Below, one piece after another: positions 10,356-21,565 of a stretch of 63,594 bases of DNA. The position numbers were made by a program, and so were the translations under genes. Numbering within the stretch: the stretch's first letter is position 1; each line of letters starts with the position of its first letter. Source of the stretch: Thermodesulfovibrionales bacterium (GTDB lineage Bacteria > Nitrospirota > Thermodesulfovibrionia > Thermodesulfovibrionales > SM23-35). The notes under the pieces are model-generated. The model made no database searches, was not told where the DNA came from, and was given only the letters and a program-made list of their open reading frames with translations. The stretch covers positions 1 to 63,594 of the forward strand of contig CAVQRT010000019.1 in the NCBI GenBank assembly GCA_963715195.1, read 5' to 3'.

Positions 10356-10880
10356 ATGGAAAAAAGAAAAGCGGTATTTTTGTGCACAACGGCATTTCTG
10401 TTTCTTCTGGCCGCGTGCCCTCAAACACACCACAACGTCACAGAACTGAAAAATTTTCCTCTGAACAGCCTCGAAGGAATACTCACCAGTTCAGGAGTTG
10501 AACTCGATTCCACAGTCTCATATGACAGAAAGGGCTCATTGAAAATCACTGCGGGAGCACCGATGGTTGTAAGGCTCTTCGAAACCGGCAATCTTGATGT
10601 CCAGGATGCCAAGCTCATATATCAGGCAAAGGTCCGCACTCAGGATGTGGAGGGGCAGGTCTATCTTGAAATGTGGTGCCAATTCCCTGGGAAAGGTGAT
10701 TTTTTCTCCCGCGGCATCGAGACCCCTCTCACTGGAACAGTAGAATGGGCATCTTTAGAAACCCCTTTTTTTCTTCAGAAGGGGGAGAATCCCGAAAACG
10801 TCAGGCTTAATATCGTAGTAAACGGAACGGGCACGGTATGGGTCGATGACATCCGTCTGATAAAAGGGCCGCTCCATTAG
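10356..10880 (+). CDS. Hypothetical lipoprotein with beta-sandwich (CBM-like) domain
   Basis: LLAAC lipobox; C-terminal GTVWVDDIRL. Confidence 0.65.
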   Translation: MEKRKAVFLCTTAFLFLLAACPQTHHNVTELKNFPLNSLEGILTSSGVELDSTVSYDRKGSLKITAGAPMVVRLFETGNLDVQDAKLIYQAKVRTQDVEGQVYLEMWCQFPGKGDFFSRGIETPLTGTVEWASLETPFFLQKGENPENVRLNIVVNGTGTVWVDDIRLIKGPLH

Positions 10881-10891
10881 GTGACTGATTT

Positions 10892-11362
10892 TCATGTGTC
10901 ATGTTCCGGGATCTTCCGGATTTTTGTGATAATGCCGGAAGTGGAGACCCCTCGTACGTAGGGAAGGCTTCGGGTATCCTTCACAATGTCCGACCCGACA
11001 ATGTCCTCTCTCTTCCAGTCTCCGCCCTTGACCAGCACATCCGGCTGCAGGAGACTGATAAGATCATAGGGGGTTTCTTCGTCGAACACCGTGACATAGT
11101 CGACCATCTCGAGAGACGCGAGAATTTCCGCCCTGAAGGTCTCAGGATTTACAGGCCTCCCGGGCTTGAGCGCAGCGACCGACCTGTCTGAGTTGAGCCC
11201 GACAACAAGTATATCCCCCAGCTTTTTCGCCGCCTTCAGATATCTGATATGGCCGACATGGAGAATATCAAAACAGCCGTTTGTGAACACAATCTTTTCC
11301 CCGCGTATCCTGGCATTGTCAGCAGCTTGCTTCAGCACATTACGGTCAACTGTCTTGCCCAT
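10892..11362 (-). CDS. rfaE2: D-glycero-beta-D-manno-heptose 1-phosphate adenylyltransferase
   Basis: [14 protein letters not shown] and LVKGGDW motifs. Confidence 0.92.
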   Translation of the reverse strand: MGKTVDRNVLKQAADNARIRGEKIVFTNGCFDILHVGHIRYLKAAKKLGDILVVGLNSDRSVAALKPGRPVNPETFRAEILASLEMVDYVTVFDEETPYDLISLLQPDVLVKGGDWKREDIVGSDIVKDTRSLPYVRGVSTSGIITKIRKIPEHDT

Positions 11363-11816
11363 GTTTTTCCCCAGGCACTGAAATCCCAGTCAGTGTTTCT
11401 TTCGCCTTTTCGAGCATCTTCCGTTCGCCCTTATATGTTGCCTTTTTGATAGCCTCGTCAATGAGGAACCAGGCAGCGTCATCAACCTCCCAGTCATGAT
11501 CGGAAATATTTCCTTCTTCGAATTCCATAAGGAAAAAATGCACTGTTTTCCTGCATTTTGCATTCTCTTCCTTGATGTAGTACCAATAAGTGATTTCTCC
11601 GAGCTTTTCGACGATTTTTCCCTTCAGCCCGGTCTCCTCCCTCACTTCACGGAGGGCGGTCTTCTCAGGGACCTCCCCCTTATCGATCACCCCCTTGGGG
11701 AGGCACCAGACCATTCCTCCCCGTACAGAAACCATCGCAGTTTCGATCCGTTCCTGGTCTCTCCTGAAAATGACCCCTCCGGATGAGACCTGGGTTTTTA
11801 AGGCTGCAGGTTTCAT
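11346..11816 (-). CDS. NUDIX hydrolase
   Basis: Nudix box [23 protein letters not shown]. Confidence 0.92.
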   Translation of the reverse strand: MKPAALKTQVSSGGVIFRRDQERIETAMVSVRGGMVWCLPKGVIDKGEVPEKTALREVREETGLKGKIVEKLGEITYWYYIKEENAKCRKTVHFFLMEFEEGNISDHDWEVDDAAWFLIDEAIKKATYKGERKMLEKAKETLTGISVPGEKHGQDS

Positions 11817-12886
11817 CAGGGGAACTGCTTCCCGGTAATCAGCCTCATGACGTCGTTGTAGATGACAAAAAACATGAGGGTGAGAATAAGTGCAAGGCCG
11901 ATTTTCTGGCTGATTGCGATGACCTTTTCATTCATCGGTTTTTTTCTGATCGCCTCGATCCCGAGGAAAAGGATGTGCCCGCCGTCAAGGATAGGAATGG
12001 GGAGAAGATTCAGAATTCCAAGGTTAATATTTATGATTGCCATAAAAACGAAAAAGTTCAGGAATCCTCTTGACGCCTGCTCGCCCGCCATCTGCACAAT
12101 GAGTATCGGCCCGCCTATTGTGTCCATGGGGATCACCCTTTGGATCAGCTTCACGATAGAGACAAGGGTCAGCGAAGATATTTCCCATGTTCTGAGTATA
12201 CTGTTTTGCAATGCCCCGGCCACCGAATCCTTCTTCAGCACCGTACTGCCCGACGGCCGTATCCCGATAAGACCAATCTCCCGCTCTTCACCGAAGATGT
12301 CCTTCATCTTCTTCTTTTCCGGGACGATAGATACCTCGAATGTCCCTCCGTCCCTTTCTATCGTGAAGTCGAGCTGTGTGCCGGGGCTTTCATGTATGAT
12401 GCCTGTCATTTCATCCCACTCCGCAATGTCTTCGCCTCCTATTCCTACAATCCTGTCTCCTTCGGCGAGTCCTGCTTTTTCGGCAGGCGAGGAGGAGAGG
12501 ACACTGCCCACTTCCGGAACCAGTATCGGCATCCCATGAATAAAAATGAAGAAAAAAATGGCAACCGCAAAAAGGATGTTGAAGAGCGGGCCCGAGAACA
12601 CGATTACAAATCTTTTCCAGACAGGCTGGTAATTGTACGCAAAAGGCCTTTCTTCTTCCTTCAGTTCTTCGCCGGGCACTTCTCCGAGCATCTTTACATA
12701 TCCGCCGAGCGGAATCGCCGAAAGGAGATATTCCGTATCACCGGATTTTTTTCCGATCAGTTTTGGGCCGAACCCAAGGGAAAACTTCTGGACCTTGACC
12801 CCTGTGAGCTTTGCAAAGAGGAAATGCCCAAGCTCATGGACAAAGATAATGATGCCGAGCAGAATAATTGCCGATATCACGGTCAT
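11816..12886 (-). CDS. rseP: RIP metalloprotease RseP
   Basis: HELGH, PDZ domain and NLLPIPILDGG. Confidence 0.95.
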   Translation of the reverse strand: MTVISAIILLGIIIFVHELGHFLFAKLTGVKVQKFSLGFGPKLIGKKSGDTEYLLSAIPLGGYVKMLGEVPGEELKEEERPFAYNYQPVWKRFVIVFSGPLFNILFAVAIFFFIFIHGMPILVPEVGSVLSSSPAEKAGLAEGDRIVGIGGEDIAEWDEMTGIIHESPGTQLDFTIERDGGTFEVSIVPEKKKMKDIFGEEREIGLIGIRPSGSTVLKKDSVAGALQNSILRTWEISSLTLVSIVKLIQRVIPMDTIGGPILIVQMAGEQASRGFLNFFVFMAIININLGILNLLPIPILDGGHILFLGIEAIRKKPMNEKVIAISQKIGLALILTLMFFVIYNDVMRLITGKQFP

Positions 12887-14106
12887 GTGAGACCTCCGGA
12901 TCGCAGAGGGGTTTTCTTGATGACTTGTTTCGCCTTTTTCATACAGTACCTGTGAATAATCTCCTGGGCTTTCTTCCGTGCCCACATGTCTGCCTCCATG
13001 ACTGCCTTAAGGTTCTTCTGCGGCTGAGTCGTGTGAGACTTCATTGCCTTGCTGATCACCAGGGGGATATCAGTAAAGCCGATGGCCCGATCCAGAAACG
13101 CGCTCACCGCAACCTCGTTTGCAGCATTCACGACGGCAGGCATCGTCCCCCCCACCTTCAGTGCCTTGTAGGCAAAGGAAAGACACGGGAAGCATTTGGT
13201 GTCGGGTTTTTGAAAAGAGAGCATCCCGACCTTCTCGAGACTCAGCCCGGGCAGCACGTTCCTGATTCTTTCCGGATACGTGAGGGCATAGGCTATCGGG
13301 CCCCTCATATCAGGGACCGAAAGTTGCGCGAGACAGCTCCTGTCATTGAATTCAACAAGAGAATGCACGATGCTTTCAGGATGCACCAGGACATCGATCC
13401 TTTCCGGGGGAAGACCGAAAAGATAGTGTGCCTCGATCACCTCCAGTCCTTTATTCATAAGTGTGGCCGAGTCGATCGAGATCTTTCTTCCCATCTTCCA
13501 TTTAGGATGCTTGAGGGCATCACCAGGGGTGACTCTTTTCATCTCGTGAAAACGCCTGTTCACGAAAGGACCGCCTGAGGCCGTAAGAATAATCCTGCGT
13601 ATATCGGAATGACGGTATCCCTCGACACACTGAAAAATCGCACTGTGTTCACTGTCAACCGGCAGTATCTTCACGCCGTATTTCCTCGATTCTTTCACGA
13701 TGATATCCCCTGCAATGACAAGGGTCTCCTTGTTTGCAAGACCGATCGTCTTTCTGGCACGTATGGCTGCAAGCGTGGGGGTCAGGCCTGCAGCACCTAC
13801 AATCGCAGAAAGGACAAAATCAGCAGCGGGGTAAGCCGCGGCCTTTACAACCCCTGAGGATCCTGCCATGATACGCAGGGAGGATGCGAGCCTCTTTCCT
13901 ATCCTCTGCTCGAGTCTGGCCGCAGCTTTGTCGTCAGCAACCACGACCACTTGCGGTCTGAATGCTCTTATCTGTTTCTCAAGAAGAGGCACATTACTCC
14001 ACGCGGTGAGCGCGACAATCCTGAAATCCTTTTTGTTCGATTCGACAACACGAAGGGCGCTTTTCCCGATAGACCCTGTTGACCCGAGAATCGCAATTCT
14101 TTTCAC
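12883..14106 (-). CDS. dxr: 1-deoxy-D-xylulose 5-phosphate reductoisomerase
   Basis: LGSTGSIG, LANKE, PVDSEHSA and MNKGLEVIEA. Confidence 0.97.
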   Translation of the reverse strand: MKRIAILGSTGSIGKSALRVVESNKKDFRIVALTAWSNVPLLEKQIRAFRPQVVVVADDKAAARLEQRIGKRLASSLRIMAGSSGVVKAAAYPAADFVLSAIVGAAGLTPTLAAIRARKTIGLANKETLVIAGDIIVKESRKYGVKILPVDSEHSAIFQCVEGYRHSDIRRIILTASGGPFVNRRFHEMKRVTPGDALKHPKWKMGRKISIDSATLMNKGLEVIEAHYLFGLPPERIDVLVHPESIVHSLVEFNDRSCLAQLSVPDMRGPIAYALTYPERIRNVLPGLSLEKVGMLSFQKPDTKCFPCLSFAYKALKVGGTMPAVVNAANEVAVSAFLDRAIGFTDIPLVISKAMKSHTTQPQKNLKAVMEADMWARKKAQEIIHRYCMKKAKQVIKKTPLRSGGLT

Positions 14107-14903
14107 ACATGTACCCCTGAAACCCCTGTAGTAATTAACATCCAGTACAGGACCGGACCTGAAAACAGTACCCCGTCAATTTTATCCAGTATGCCTCCGT
14201 GCCCCGGGATGAGCACACCCGAATCCTTCACCCCTGCATCACGTTTGAACATTGACGCAACAAGGTCACCGATGATGGTCACCCCCCCGGTAATTGCCCC
14301 GATAAGCACAGCCGTGTTCATCGCAAGCGAAGGGATGACGCTTATTTTTATGATACATGCCCCTGCAATACCGCCAAGCACAGAACCGACAGCTCCGGCC
14401 ACCGTCTTGTTCGGACTGACCTCCTTATAGAGCCTGCGTTTTCCAATGCCTTTGCCGACATAGTATGCGAGGGAATCCGAAGCCCACACGACCCCGTATA
14501 AAAAGATAATCCATTCGGGGCCAAACTCCCTCACTTTTGACTGGAATATCAATAGCCCGGGGATATAGAGCATACCGACAACAGGGGCGGCAATATCATG
14601 CATTGAGGAGAGAGGATTTTTCAGGCTAAACAGACGTACTCCAAAAATAAGCATCACCGACAAGAAAAGCACATCGGCCAGATACGCACTTATCATATAT
14701 CCGGAAGCAAGTATCAGGAGACAGCATATCAGGCCCACAGCGCGGAGCACCGGCCGTACCCGGTACATGGAATAGAATTCCGATACCGCGACAGCCGCAA
14801 AGACCGTGAGGAGCAGGAAAAAGAACTCCTGGGGAAGGTACATAACATACAGGAAAAGGAAAGGGACGATGAATGCCGCAACAAAAACTCTTTTAAGGTG
14901 CAT
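14103..14903 (-). CDS. cdsA: Phosphatidate cytidylyltransferase
   Basis: SPNKT and KRDAGVKDSG...PGHGGILD.IDG. Confidence 0.95.
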   Translation of the reverse strand: MHLKRVFVAAFIVPFLFLYVMYLPQEFFFLLLTVFAAVAVSEFYSMYRVRPVLRAVGLICCLLILASGYMISAYLADVLFLSVMLIFGVRLFSLKNPLSSMHDIAAPVVGMLYIPGLLIFQSKVREFGPEWIIFLYGVVWASDSLAYYVGKGIGKRRLYKEVSPNKTVAGAVGSVLGGIAGACIIKISVIPSLAMNTAVLIGAITGGVTIIGDLVASMFKRDAGVKDSGVLIPGHGGILDKIDGVLFSGPVLYWMLITTGVSGVHV

Positions 14904-15624
14904 TTGCCCTCACTGGCAATGCACCGAAACGGCGGTCCCTTCGCTGATAGTCCTGTATGGCGATCAGGAATTCATCTTTTGTAAAGTCAGGCCAGAGCGT
15001 TTCAGTGAAATAAAACTCTGAATAGGCCCCCTGCCAGAGGAGAAAGTTGCTGATACGCATTTCGCCACTCGTTCTGATGATTAAGTCAGGGTTAGGCATC
15101 CCCGCCGTATCAAGGTACGAACTGAAGACCTCCTCAGAAAGGGCATCCGGCTTCATTCCTGAGGAGATTATTTTTTTTGCTGCTCTCAGTATTTCATTCC
15201 TGCCACCGTAGCTTAGTGCGGTAATGAGGGTCATACCCCGGTTGGAAGCTGTTTTTTCCTCAGCCAATCTGACGATCTCGCGTATATGTTCAGGCAGTCT
15301 CTCTGTTTCCCCGATTGTCTTAAAAACGACGTCCTTTTTCATAAGGCTTTCAATTTCCTTTTTTAAGTACAGCTCAAGCAGCTTCATTAGGGTTGACACT
15401 TCGGATGAAGGCCTTCTCCAGTTTTCCAGAGAGAACGCATAGAGCGTCAGGGCTTTTAATCCGAGTTCTACGGCAATCTCGATCACTTCCTTTGACCGCT
15501 CCACCCCCTTGCGGTGGCCTTCTATCCTGGGGAGACCACGCACCTCTGCCCATCTTCCGTTGCCATCCATTATAATGCCGACATGTTTTGGAATACGGCC
15601 TGTTACAAGCATCTCTCTGCTCAA
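14893..15624 (-). CDS. uppS: Undecaprenyl diphosphate synthase
   Basis: IMDGNGRWA, FSLENWRR and RTSGEMRISNFLLWQ. Confidence 0.97.
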   Translation of the reverse strand: MSREMLVTGRIPKHVGIIMDGNGRWAEVRGLPRIEGHRKGVERSKEVIEIAVELGLKALTLYAFSLENWRRPSSEVSTLMKLLELYLKKEIESLMKKDVVFKTIGETERLPEHIREIVRLAEEKTASNRGMTLITALSYGGRNEILRAAKKIISSGMKPDALSEEVFSSYLDTAGMPNPDLIIRTSGEMRISNFLLWQGAYSEFYFTETLWPDFTKDEFLIAIQDYQRRDRRFGALPVRANAP

Positions 15625-17351
15625 TTCCCTTTGAGTGAGTACAAAAGAAGTTCTGTCTGTACCGGGTTCTCCCCTTTAAGAATATTTCCTGCCTTGAAGC
15701 CGAACAATGGGCTCCTGAGGGCGATAATCCTGCCTCCCGCAATTGTATAATCAAGCAATGTACCCTTCATGTTGTCTATTAAAACACCTTCTTCCATCGA
15801 AAGTCCATTCCACCAGAGTGTCCTTATCTGTGATTCTCTGAAGCCAAGACCAGGCACCATCTTCACAAGGGGAACCCTCTGAATAAATGTAATTCCCTTG
15901 CTGCCCTTGAACAAGCGGTCCTTCACAGACCATTCTCCTCTTTCGACCATTGCGGTGGGAGACGATTTTTTAAAGCTTCGCAGAAAGCCCCCCGTACTTG
16001 TCTCGCGTCTCCATATCCTTGTGTGTGCGCTGTCAAACACATTCAGATACCCCGCTTCATCATATGCGAGCAGCAACCTTTCAGTACCGGGACCGCCGAA
16101 ATAGATGAAATCATATATATTTACCCCGGCAGGAAGGTTGAGCGGCTCACCTTTTTTGTATCCTCCCTGATATATGATACTGAACACCTTGCTATCGAAC
16201 CCGGTTGCAGGTGCATACTTCTGTGCAATGAGGGCATTGTCGATCACACGCATGAAAAGGCCTTCCTGCTCATAGAGGAGTCTGAATTCGGATTCATCAA
16301 GCTCATAAATGAAAGAAGTGAACGTGTTCCCCTTTTGAGAGGTGATGAGCACTTCGGCCCTGCCGTTGCCGTTCAGGTCTATTGAGTCCAGCCAGAGATG
16401 CTCTTCATGTGAAGACCCCTGTATCGAAATATCTCCCATGACGGGGAATCTCTCCGGACCAGAGACCTGGAACCTGACTTCCCTTCCGGTACTCATGAGG
16501 AGTTCCTCTGTCCCGTCTCCGTCAATATCTCCGGGCGCAACCAGTTTCGCGTTCACCTGCAAAGGTATCTGAAGAATGGCGGCTTCCTGTATAGGTGAAA
16601 AATATTGTTTCTCCTGCGTAAATTCCTGTATATATCCTACGTCGATCATGGTATCCAGCTCGGCAATCTGCTGACTGTCAGAAACCCAGATAAGCTTTTC
16701 CACAAGACGAATTCGGCTGTCAGATATCTCAGCAACCAGAAGGAGGGCAACTTCTGCATTCAGCCTTTTCGCTTCTTCCACCGCCACAGAGGGGGCGTCA
16801 GTCTCAACCGAGGTATCCACCAGATTGAACCGTCCCGTCTGCTTCAGCTTCCTGTAGTATCTGTCCGCCAGATACCAGCTGATATCCTGCGACTGGCAGA
16901 AAAGGGCGTTTACGGCAATCTCTGATATCCTCACCCTGTTTCCTGTCTGCGGGTTCCCTTCCAGGATTTGCCCGACAGACGAATCGGTGCCCACTTTTGT
17001 AACCTGAAGTTTTCCTACATAGGCTTCAACGTTTCCGAGAACCTCCTTCGTGACCGGGTGCCTGAAAGGAGCCTCCTCCTTAAAAATGGAGAACCTCATC
17101 CCCCGCTTCACGCCCTTAGCCTCTCCAAGGTCAATAGTGATCTCATCGTTTTCCAACCCTGTAATTGTCCCGACCATTGGCTGAAAATAGGCGAGTGTCT
17201 GATCCCGCATATGGTCCAGGGGGTCATCCTCGCTGAGCGCGGAACACGGGAGACACTGTGTCATGAGCATGGCAACTAAAACGAAGAGGGTGATCAAAAG
17301 GGGGAACACCCTCTTTACTGCTGCGGGCTTTCCTGTATTCCTGAATACCAA
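15621..17351 (-). CDS. Exported FG-GAP/VCBS-repeat beta-propeller protein
   Basis: Signal peptide; GDIDGDGTEEL and IDLNGNGRAEV repeats; FlgT-C-like N-terminal domain. Confidence 0.7.
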   Translation of the reverse strand: MVFRNTGKPAAVKRVFPLLITLFVLVAMLMTQCLPCSALSEDDPLDHMRDQTLAYFQPMVGTITGLENDEITIDLGEAKGVKRGMRFSIFKEEAPFRHPVTKEVLGNVEAYVGKLQVTKVGTDSSVGQILEGNPQTGNRVRISEIAVNALFCQSQDISWYLADRYYRKLKQTGRFNLVDTSVETDAPSVAVEEAKRLNAEVALLLVAEISDSRIRLVEKLIWVSDSQQIAELDTMIDVGYIQEFTQEKQYFSPIQEAAILQIPLQVNAKLVAPGDIDGDGTEELLMSTGREVRFQVSGPERFPVMGDISIQGSSHEEHLWLDSIDLNGNGRAEVLITSQKGNTFTSFIYELDESEFRLLYEQEGLFMRVIDNALIAQKYAPATGFDSKVFSIIYQGGYKKGEPLNLPAGVNIYDFIYFGGPGTERLLLAYDEAGYLNVFDSAHTRIWRRETSTGGFLRSFKKSSPTAMVERGEWSVKDRLFKGSKGITFIQRVPLVKMVPGLGFRESQIRTLWWNGLSMEEGVLIDNMKGTLLDYTIAGGRIIALRSPLFGFKAGNILKGENPVQTELLLYSLKGN

Positions 17352-17657
17352 AAAACGCCTCCTGTGTCCTTTTTTCTTGTGATTCCTGTTACGAGTGCAC
17401 TGAGATGCACGGCATGAATGAAGATGAAAGTTGTCCCTCGTTCATATGTATTGTACACACCCGATGCAGCGCGTGAGTGTCACCCTCTCAATACCTCCAC
17501 CGTGGAGTTGTGGGGGAGATTCCCGCCACATGTATTATATAACGGCCGGTCTTTTTCAAGTGAGAAGACTTATTCTGCATGACGAACTCTCTTGAAGGCA
17601 GACTTTCCCAATCAAGTACTTCCAGGATCGCATGCAGCAGAATAACAGCATAATGCC

Positions 17658-18068
17658 TTAGGCCTTCCCTGCCTCTTTCGCGAGCTTATCAAGAATGCCG
17701 TTCAGAAATGACGCAGCTTCAACCGATGAAAATTTCTTTGCGATCTCAAGCGCTTCATTGATGCTGACTGCGGAAGGAATGTCTTTTTTATATGCAATCT
17801 CAAAGGCTGCAAACCTGAGTATATTCCTATCCACCGCTGCAATACGATCGAGCATCCAGTTTTCGGCAACCCTGACGATCATACTGTCAATCTCTTCCAT
17901 GTGCTCAATAGTGCCTCTCACCAGATCTTCAGCGAACCGCATTACCTCAGGAGATTCCCCCCTGTCTTCCCAGAACTCTTCGAAGTCCTTTTTGGCAATG
18001 TTGTTTTCTGTAAAATCCACGCGGAAAAGCAGCTGGAGCGCATATTCCCTGGCCTTGCGTCTTTTCAT
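17658..18068 (-). CDS. nusB: Transcription antitermination factor NusB
   Basis: RRKAREYALQLL, VDRNILR and FLNGILD. Confidence 0.96.
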   Translation of the reverse strand: MKRRKAREYALQLLFRVDFTENNIAKKDFEEFWEDRGESPEVMRFAEDLVRGTIEHMEEIDSMIVRVAENWMLDRIAAVDRNILRFAAFEIAYKKDIPSAVSINEALEIAKKFSSVEAASFLNGILDKLAKEAGKA

Positions 18069-18143
18069 CTGGCGGAAAGCGCAGAAACATTGCAGGAGAT
18101 GAGCGGGCTAAGCCGACGTTCCGTAAAAATCACCGATTCCTGT

Positions 18144-18608
18144 TCACAGTTTCTTCATGAGTTGCGCCATTTCAATGGCGGTCACCGCTGCATCCCACCC
18201 CTTGTTGCCGCTTTTTGTGCCTGCACGTTCCACGGCCTGTTCAATGGTATCCGTGGTGACAATGCCGAACGCCATGGGGATACCAGTCTCCATCGATGCG
18301 GACGCAACTCCCTTTGATACCTCTGCCGCAATATATTCGAAGTGAGGGGTTGCACCTCTTATAATCGTTCCAAGACATATAATCGCATTCACCCCACCTT
18401 TCAATGCCATTTTCCGTGCAACTATCGGGATTTCGAATGAGCCCGGGACTTTCACCACACTGATATCCTCTGCCCGCGCACCATGTCTTACAAGCGCGTC
18501 ATGCGCCCCGTCAAGCAGCTTGCCCGTAATGAATTCATTAAACCTGCTGATTACTATCCCGAATTTCAGTCCCTTCGCCTGCAGTTCTCCTTCGACTATT
18601 TTCATCAT
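18144..18608 (-). CDS. ribH: 6,7-dimethyl-8-ribityllumazine synthase
   Basis: [14 protein letters not shown] and IRGATPHF. Confidence 0.97.
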   Translation of the reverse strand: MMKIVEGELQAKGLKFGIVISRFNEFITGKLLDGAHDALVRHGARAEDISVVKVPGSFEIPIVARKMALKGGVNAIICLGTIIRGATPHFEYIAAEVSKGVASASMETGIPMAFGIVTTDTIEQAVERAGTKSGNKGWDAAVTAIEMAQLMKKL

Positions 18609-18618
18609 GCCCCCCTGA

Positions 18619-19833
18619 TTATACGTTATCTAAGATATGTCCGAGTTTTTTCTTTTTCGTTTTCAGATAGATGATGTTCCTCTCGGTCGGGCTCGTTTCA
18701 ATAGGAATCCTTTCAACCACTTTCAGCCCGTATCCTTCAAGCCCGACGATCTTCTTGGGATTATTCGTCAGAAGCTTCATTTTTCTGACGCCGAGATCAA
18801 CGAGAATCTGCGCCCCGATCCCGTAATCCCTCAGATCGGGTTTAAACCCGAGCTTGATGTTTGCCTCGACAGTATCAAGGCCCTTGTCCTGAAGCTCGTA
18901 TGCTTTGAGCTTGTTAATCAGCCCGATACCTCTTCCCTCCTGTTTCATGTAGAGTATTACCCCGACCCCTTCACTTTTGATCATCTCCATTGCACGTTGC
19001 AGCTGCTCTCCGCAATCACATCTCTCTGACCCGAAGACATCACCCGTAAGGCACTCTGAATGAACCCTCACAAGAATTTCTTTTTCAGGATTGATTTCAC
19101 CTTTCACAAGCGCAATATGTACATTGCTGTCGATAGCATTCCCATAGGCGACCGCGGTAAATTCGTCACCGAATCGTGTCGGGAGTTTCACACTTGCAAG
19201 CTTCTGCACAAAAAGTTCAGTCCTCATTCTGTATTTGATAATATCCTTTATCGTGACGATCTTGAGCCCATGTTTTTTTGAGAACTCCATGAGCTGAGGG
19301 ACTCGTGCCATCGTACCGTCCTCATTCATGATCTCACATATAACCCCTGCCGGATAAAGGCCGGCAAGGCGCGCAAGATCGACCGACCCCTCGGTTTGCC
19401 CGGCCCTCTGGAGGACCCCTCCCGGCCTTGCCCTCAGGGGAAATACATGTCCGGGCTTTGAAATGTCCTCGGGCTTCGTATTCGGATCAATTGCGGTCGT
19501 TATCGTCCGTGCCCTGTCAGCTGCCGAAATTCCGGTAGTCACTCCCTTTTTTGCCTCTATCGAAACCGTGAACGCGGTACCAAAGACTGAGGTGTTTTCA
19601 TCTGTCATCATGGGAAGCCCCAGTTCCTCGACACGCGTATCCGTGAGCGAAAGGCAGATGAGCCCCCTTCCGAATCTTGCCATGAAGTTAATCGCCTCAG
19701 GTGTCACGTTTTCAGCGCCTATGCATAAATCACCCTCGTTTTCCCTGTCCTCGTCATCAACAAGAATGATCATCTTGCCGTTTTCTATATCATTGAGTGC
19801 TTCATCCACTGTATTGAATTTGTACTTCCCCAT
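18619..19833 (-). CDS. ribBA: Bifunctional DHBP synthase / GTP cyclohydrolase II
   Basis: [10 protein letters not shown] and [20 protein letters not shown]. Confidence 0.97.
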   Translation of the reverse strand: MGKYKFNTVDEALNDIENGKMIILVDDEDRENEGDLCIGAENVTPEAINFMARFGRGLICLSLTDTRVEELGLPMMTDENTSVFGTAFTVSIEAKKGVTTGISAADRARTITTAIDPNTKPEDISKPGHVFPLRARPGGVLQRAGQTEGSVDLARLAGLYPAGVICEIMNEDGTMARVPQLMEFSKKHGLKIVTIKDIIKYRMRTELFVQKLASVKLPTRFGDEFTAVAYGNAIDSNVHIALVKGEINPEKEILVRVHSECLTGDVFGSERCDCGEQLQRAMEMIKSEGVGVILYMKQEGRGIGLINKLKAYELQDKGLDTVEANIKLGFKPDLRDYGIGAQILVDLGVRKMKLLTNNPKKIVGLEGYGLKVVERIPIETSPTERNIIYLKTKKKKLGHILDNV

Positions 19834-19897
19834 TTTCACTTTCCTCTCTGCAAAATTATTCCTCTAGGGCATCTCCATAAAACATTCTTGCCAGCTA

Positions 19898-20566
19898 TCA
19901 TATTCTCCTCTCACGGTCTGCATAACCCTTTTCGACGAGCGTCTGCATAAACGTGGTATCCCCCCCATCTCGCGCCGCGTCTCTTTTCAGAAACTTCATA
20001 ACGTATTTCCCGAGAAGATCAGCCTCTATGTTTACACTCTCCCCGTTCCCCTTGAATCCCAGCGTGGTGAGTTGTGCGGTATGGGGTATTATCACAACCG
20101 TAAAACTATCCTCAAGTATATCAACAACGGTGAGGCTTATTCCATCAACCGCCACTGAGCCTTTCTCGACAAGATACTGTGTGACGGTGGGTGGGACTTT
20201 AAATGTGAACTTCCACATATCACCCGCCTTCACCCTTGAATGAATTGTGCCTATTGCATCGACATGACCAGTGACAAAATGCCCCCCGATCTTCGAGTCC
20301 GGACGGAGGGAAGGTTCAAGATTGACCTTGTTCCCGCTGCCAAGGGTCCCGAGGTTAGTGCTTCTGAGGGTCTCGTCGGACAAATCGAATGAGAGTGCAC
20401 CGTGTTGGTTTCTCACCACCGTAAGGCATACCCCGTTCACTGAGATGCTGTCTCCCAGATCAGACCCGACCGCGATTTCATCTGCTTTCAGCTGGAGCAA
20501 CGCACCGCCGCTCCTCTTCCGGACCGACAGGACTTCTCCCATTTCAACTACTAGACCGGTAAACAA
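19898..20566 (-). CDS. ribE: Riboflavin synthase alpha chain
   Basis: MFTGLV N-terminus, GGHFVTGHVD and GISLT. Confidence 0.95.
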   Translation of the reverse strand: MFTGLVVEMGEVLSVRKRSGGALLQLKADEIAVGSDLGDSISVNGVCLTVVRNQHGALSFDLSDETLRSTNLGTLGSGNKVNLEPSLRPDSKIGGHFVTGHVDAIGTIHSRVKAGDMWKFTFKVPPTVTQYLVEKGSVAVDGISLTVVDILEDSFTVVIIPHTAQLTTLGFKGNGESVNIEADLLGKYVMKFLKRDAARDGGDTTFMQTLVEKGYADRERRI

Positions 20567-20567
20567 A

Positions 20568-20915
20568 TCATTCCTCTATATCAATATAAAAGTCCAGTTC
20601 CCGCTGATACATGCCGAGGATATCAACCGTTTCCGACCATGAGGTTTTCACGATGACCGTCTTTTCTGTTTTCGTCACAATCAGTTCATCCTCTTCAATG
20701 GGAAGCTTGAGTTCATACGCCTTGTCAAGAATCATTGTTTTGGTCCGTTTAATATCGCCGACACTGATCCGCGCCAGTTCCTTCGCCTCGGACTTGAAAG
20801 CGGAATATCGGTACCAAGGCATTCCAAATTGGATTCCCGCGTAGACAGCAAACGCGAGGAGCACAATTGTAAAGATTACCTTGACATATCCTCCCTCATT
20901 CTTCAGCATCCTCAT
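20568..20915 (-). CDS. DUF4845-like membrane-anchored protein
   Basis: Pilin-like N-terminal TM segment; lies immediately after lepB, as is typical for this family. Confidence 0.6.
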   Translation of the reverse strand: MRMLKNEGGYVKVIFTIVLLAFAVYAGIQFGMPWYRYSAFKSEAKELARISVGDIKRTKTMILDKAYELKLPIEEDELIVTKTEKTVIVKTSWSETVDILGMYQRELDFYIDIEE

Positions 20916-21535
20916 CTTATTAACCTCCCTATTCTGTTAAATCGCACCCAATTACTAGGGTCCCAGGACCAATACACGAGAAATGCCTTTCCCCTTACTT
21001 CCTTGAAGTCTACAAAACCCCAGTACCTGCTGTCATAACTCTGGTCCCTGTTATCGCCCATCACGAATAACTTGTCGTCCGGAACGGTAATCGGCCCGAA
21101 ATTGTCTCTGGGATCAAAACTGCCCATCCTTGTATGCGTATCAGAATGCTGAATATAAGGCTCAAAAACCTGGGCCCCGTTCACATATACCACCTTGTTC
21201 CTCTCCTCTATGGTATCACCTTCCGCAGCAATCACTCTTTTGATGAAATCCTTCTCCGGATTCTCAGGATACCTGAAGACTATAATATCGCCTTTCCTGG
21301 GTACTTTGAATTCGAAAATGCGCGTGTCAGTGAAGGGTATCTTCACCCCGTAGATAAATTTATTTACGAGTATATGATCGCCGATCACAAGTGTCGGGAT
21401 CATGGAACCCGACGGTATCTTAAATGCCTGTACAACAAATGTCCTTATACAGAGTGCGAGCAGAAGCGCAATAATGATAGCTTCCGCATATTCCCTCAAC
21501 AGTTTTTTTCTGTTTTTCACTGGTTGATCTTCCAT
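20912..21535 (-). CDS. lepB: Signal peptidase I
   Basis: IPSGSMIPTL, FIKRV and MGDNRDQSYDSR. Confidence 0.96.
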   Translation of the reverse strand: MEDQPVKNRKKLLREYAEAIIIALLLALCIRTFVVQAFKIPSGSMIPTLVIGDHILVNKFIYGVKIPFTDTRIFEFKVPRKGDIIVFRYPENPEKDFIKRVIAAEGDTIEERNKVVYVNGAQVFEPYIQHSDTHTRMGSFDPRDNFGPITVPDDKLFVMGDNRDQSYDSRYWGFVDFKEVRGKAFLVYWSWDPSNWVRFNRIGRLIR

Positions 21536-21565
21536 GCCTCTTCTTGCCTGTCCGCTTCCTTTATT

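Noticed and set aside
13775..13790. ggggtcagg match to the REP arm inside dxr
   Set aside because: Only 9 nt, inside a coding region, with no partner arm; likely chance.
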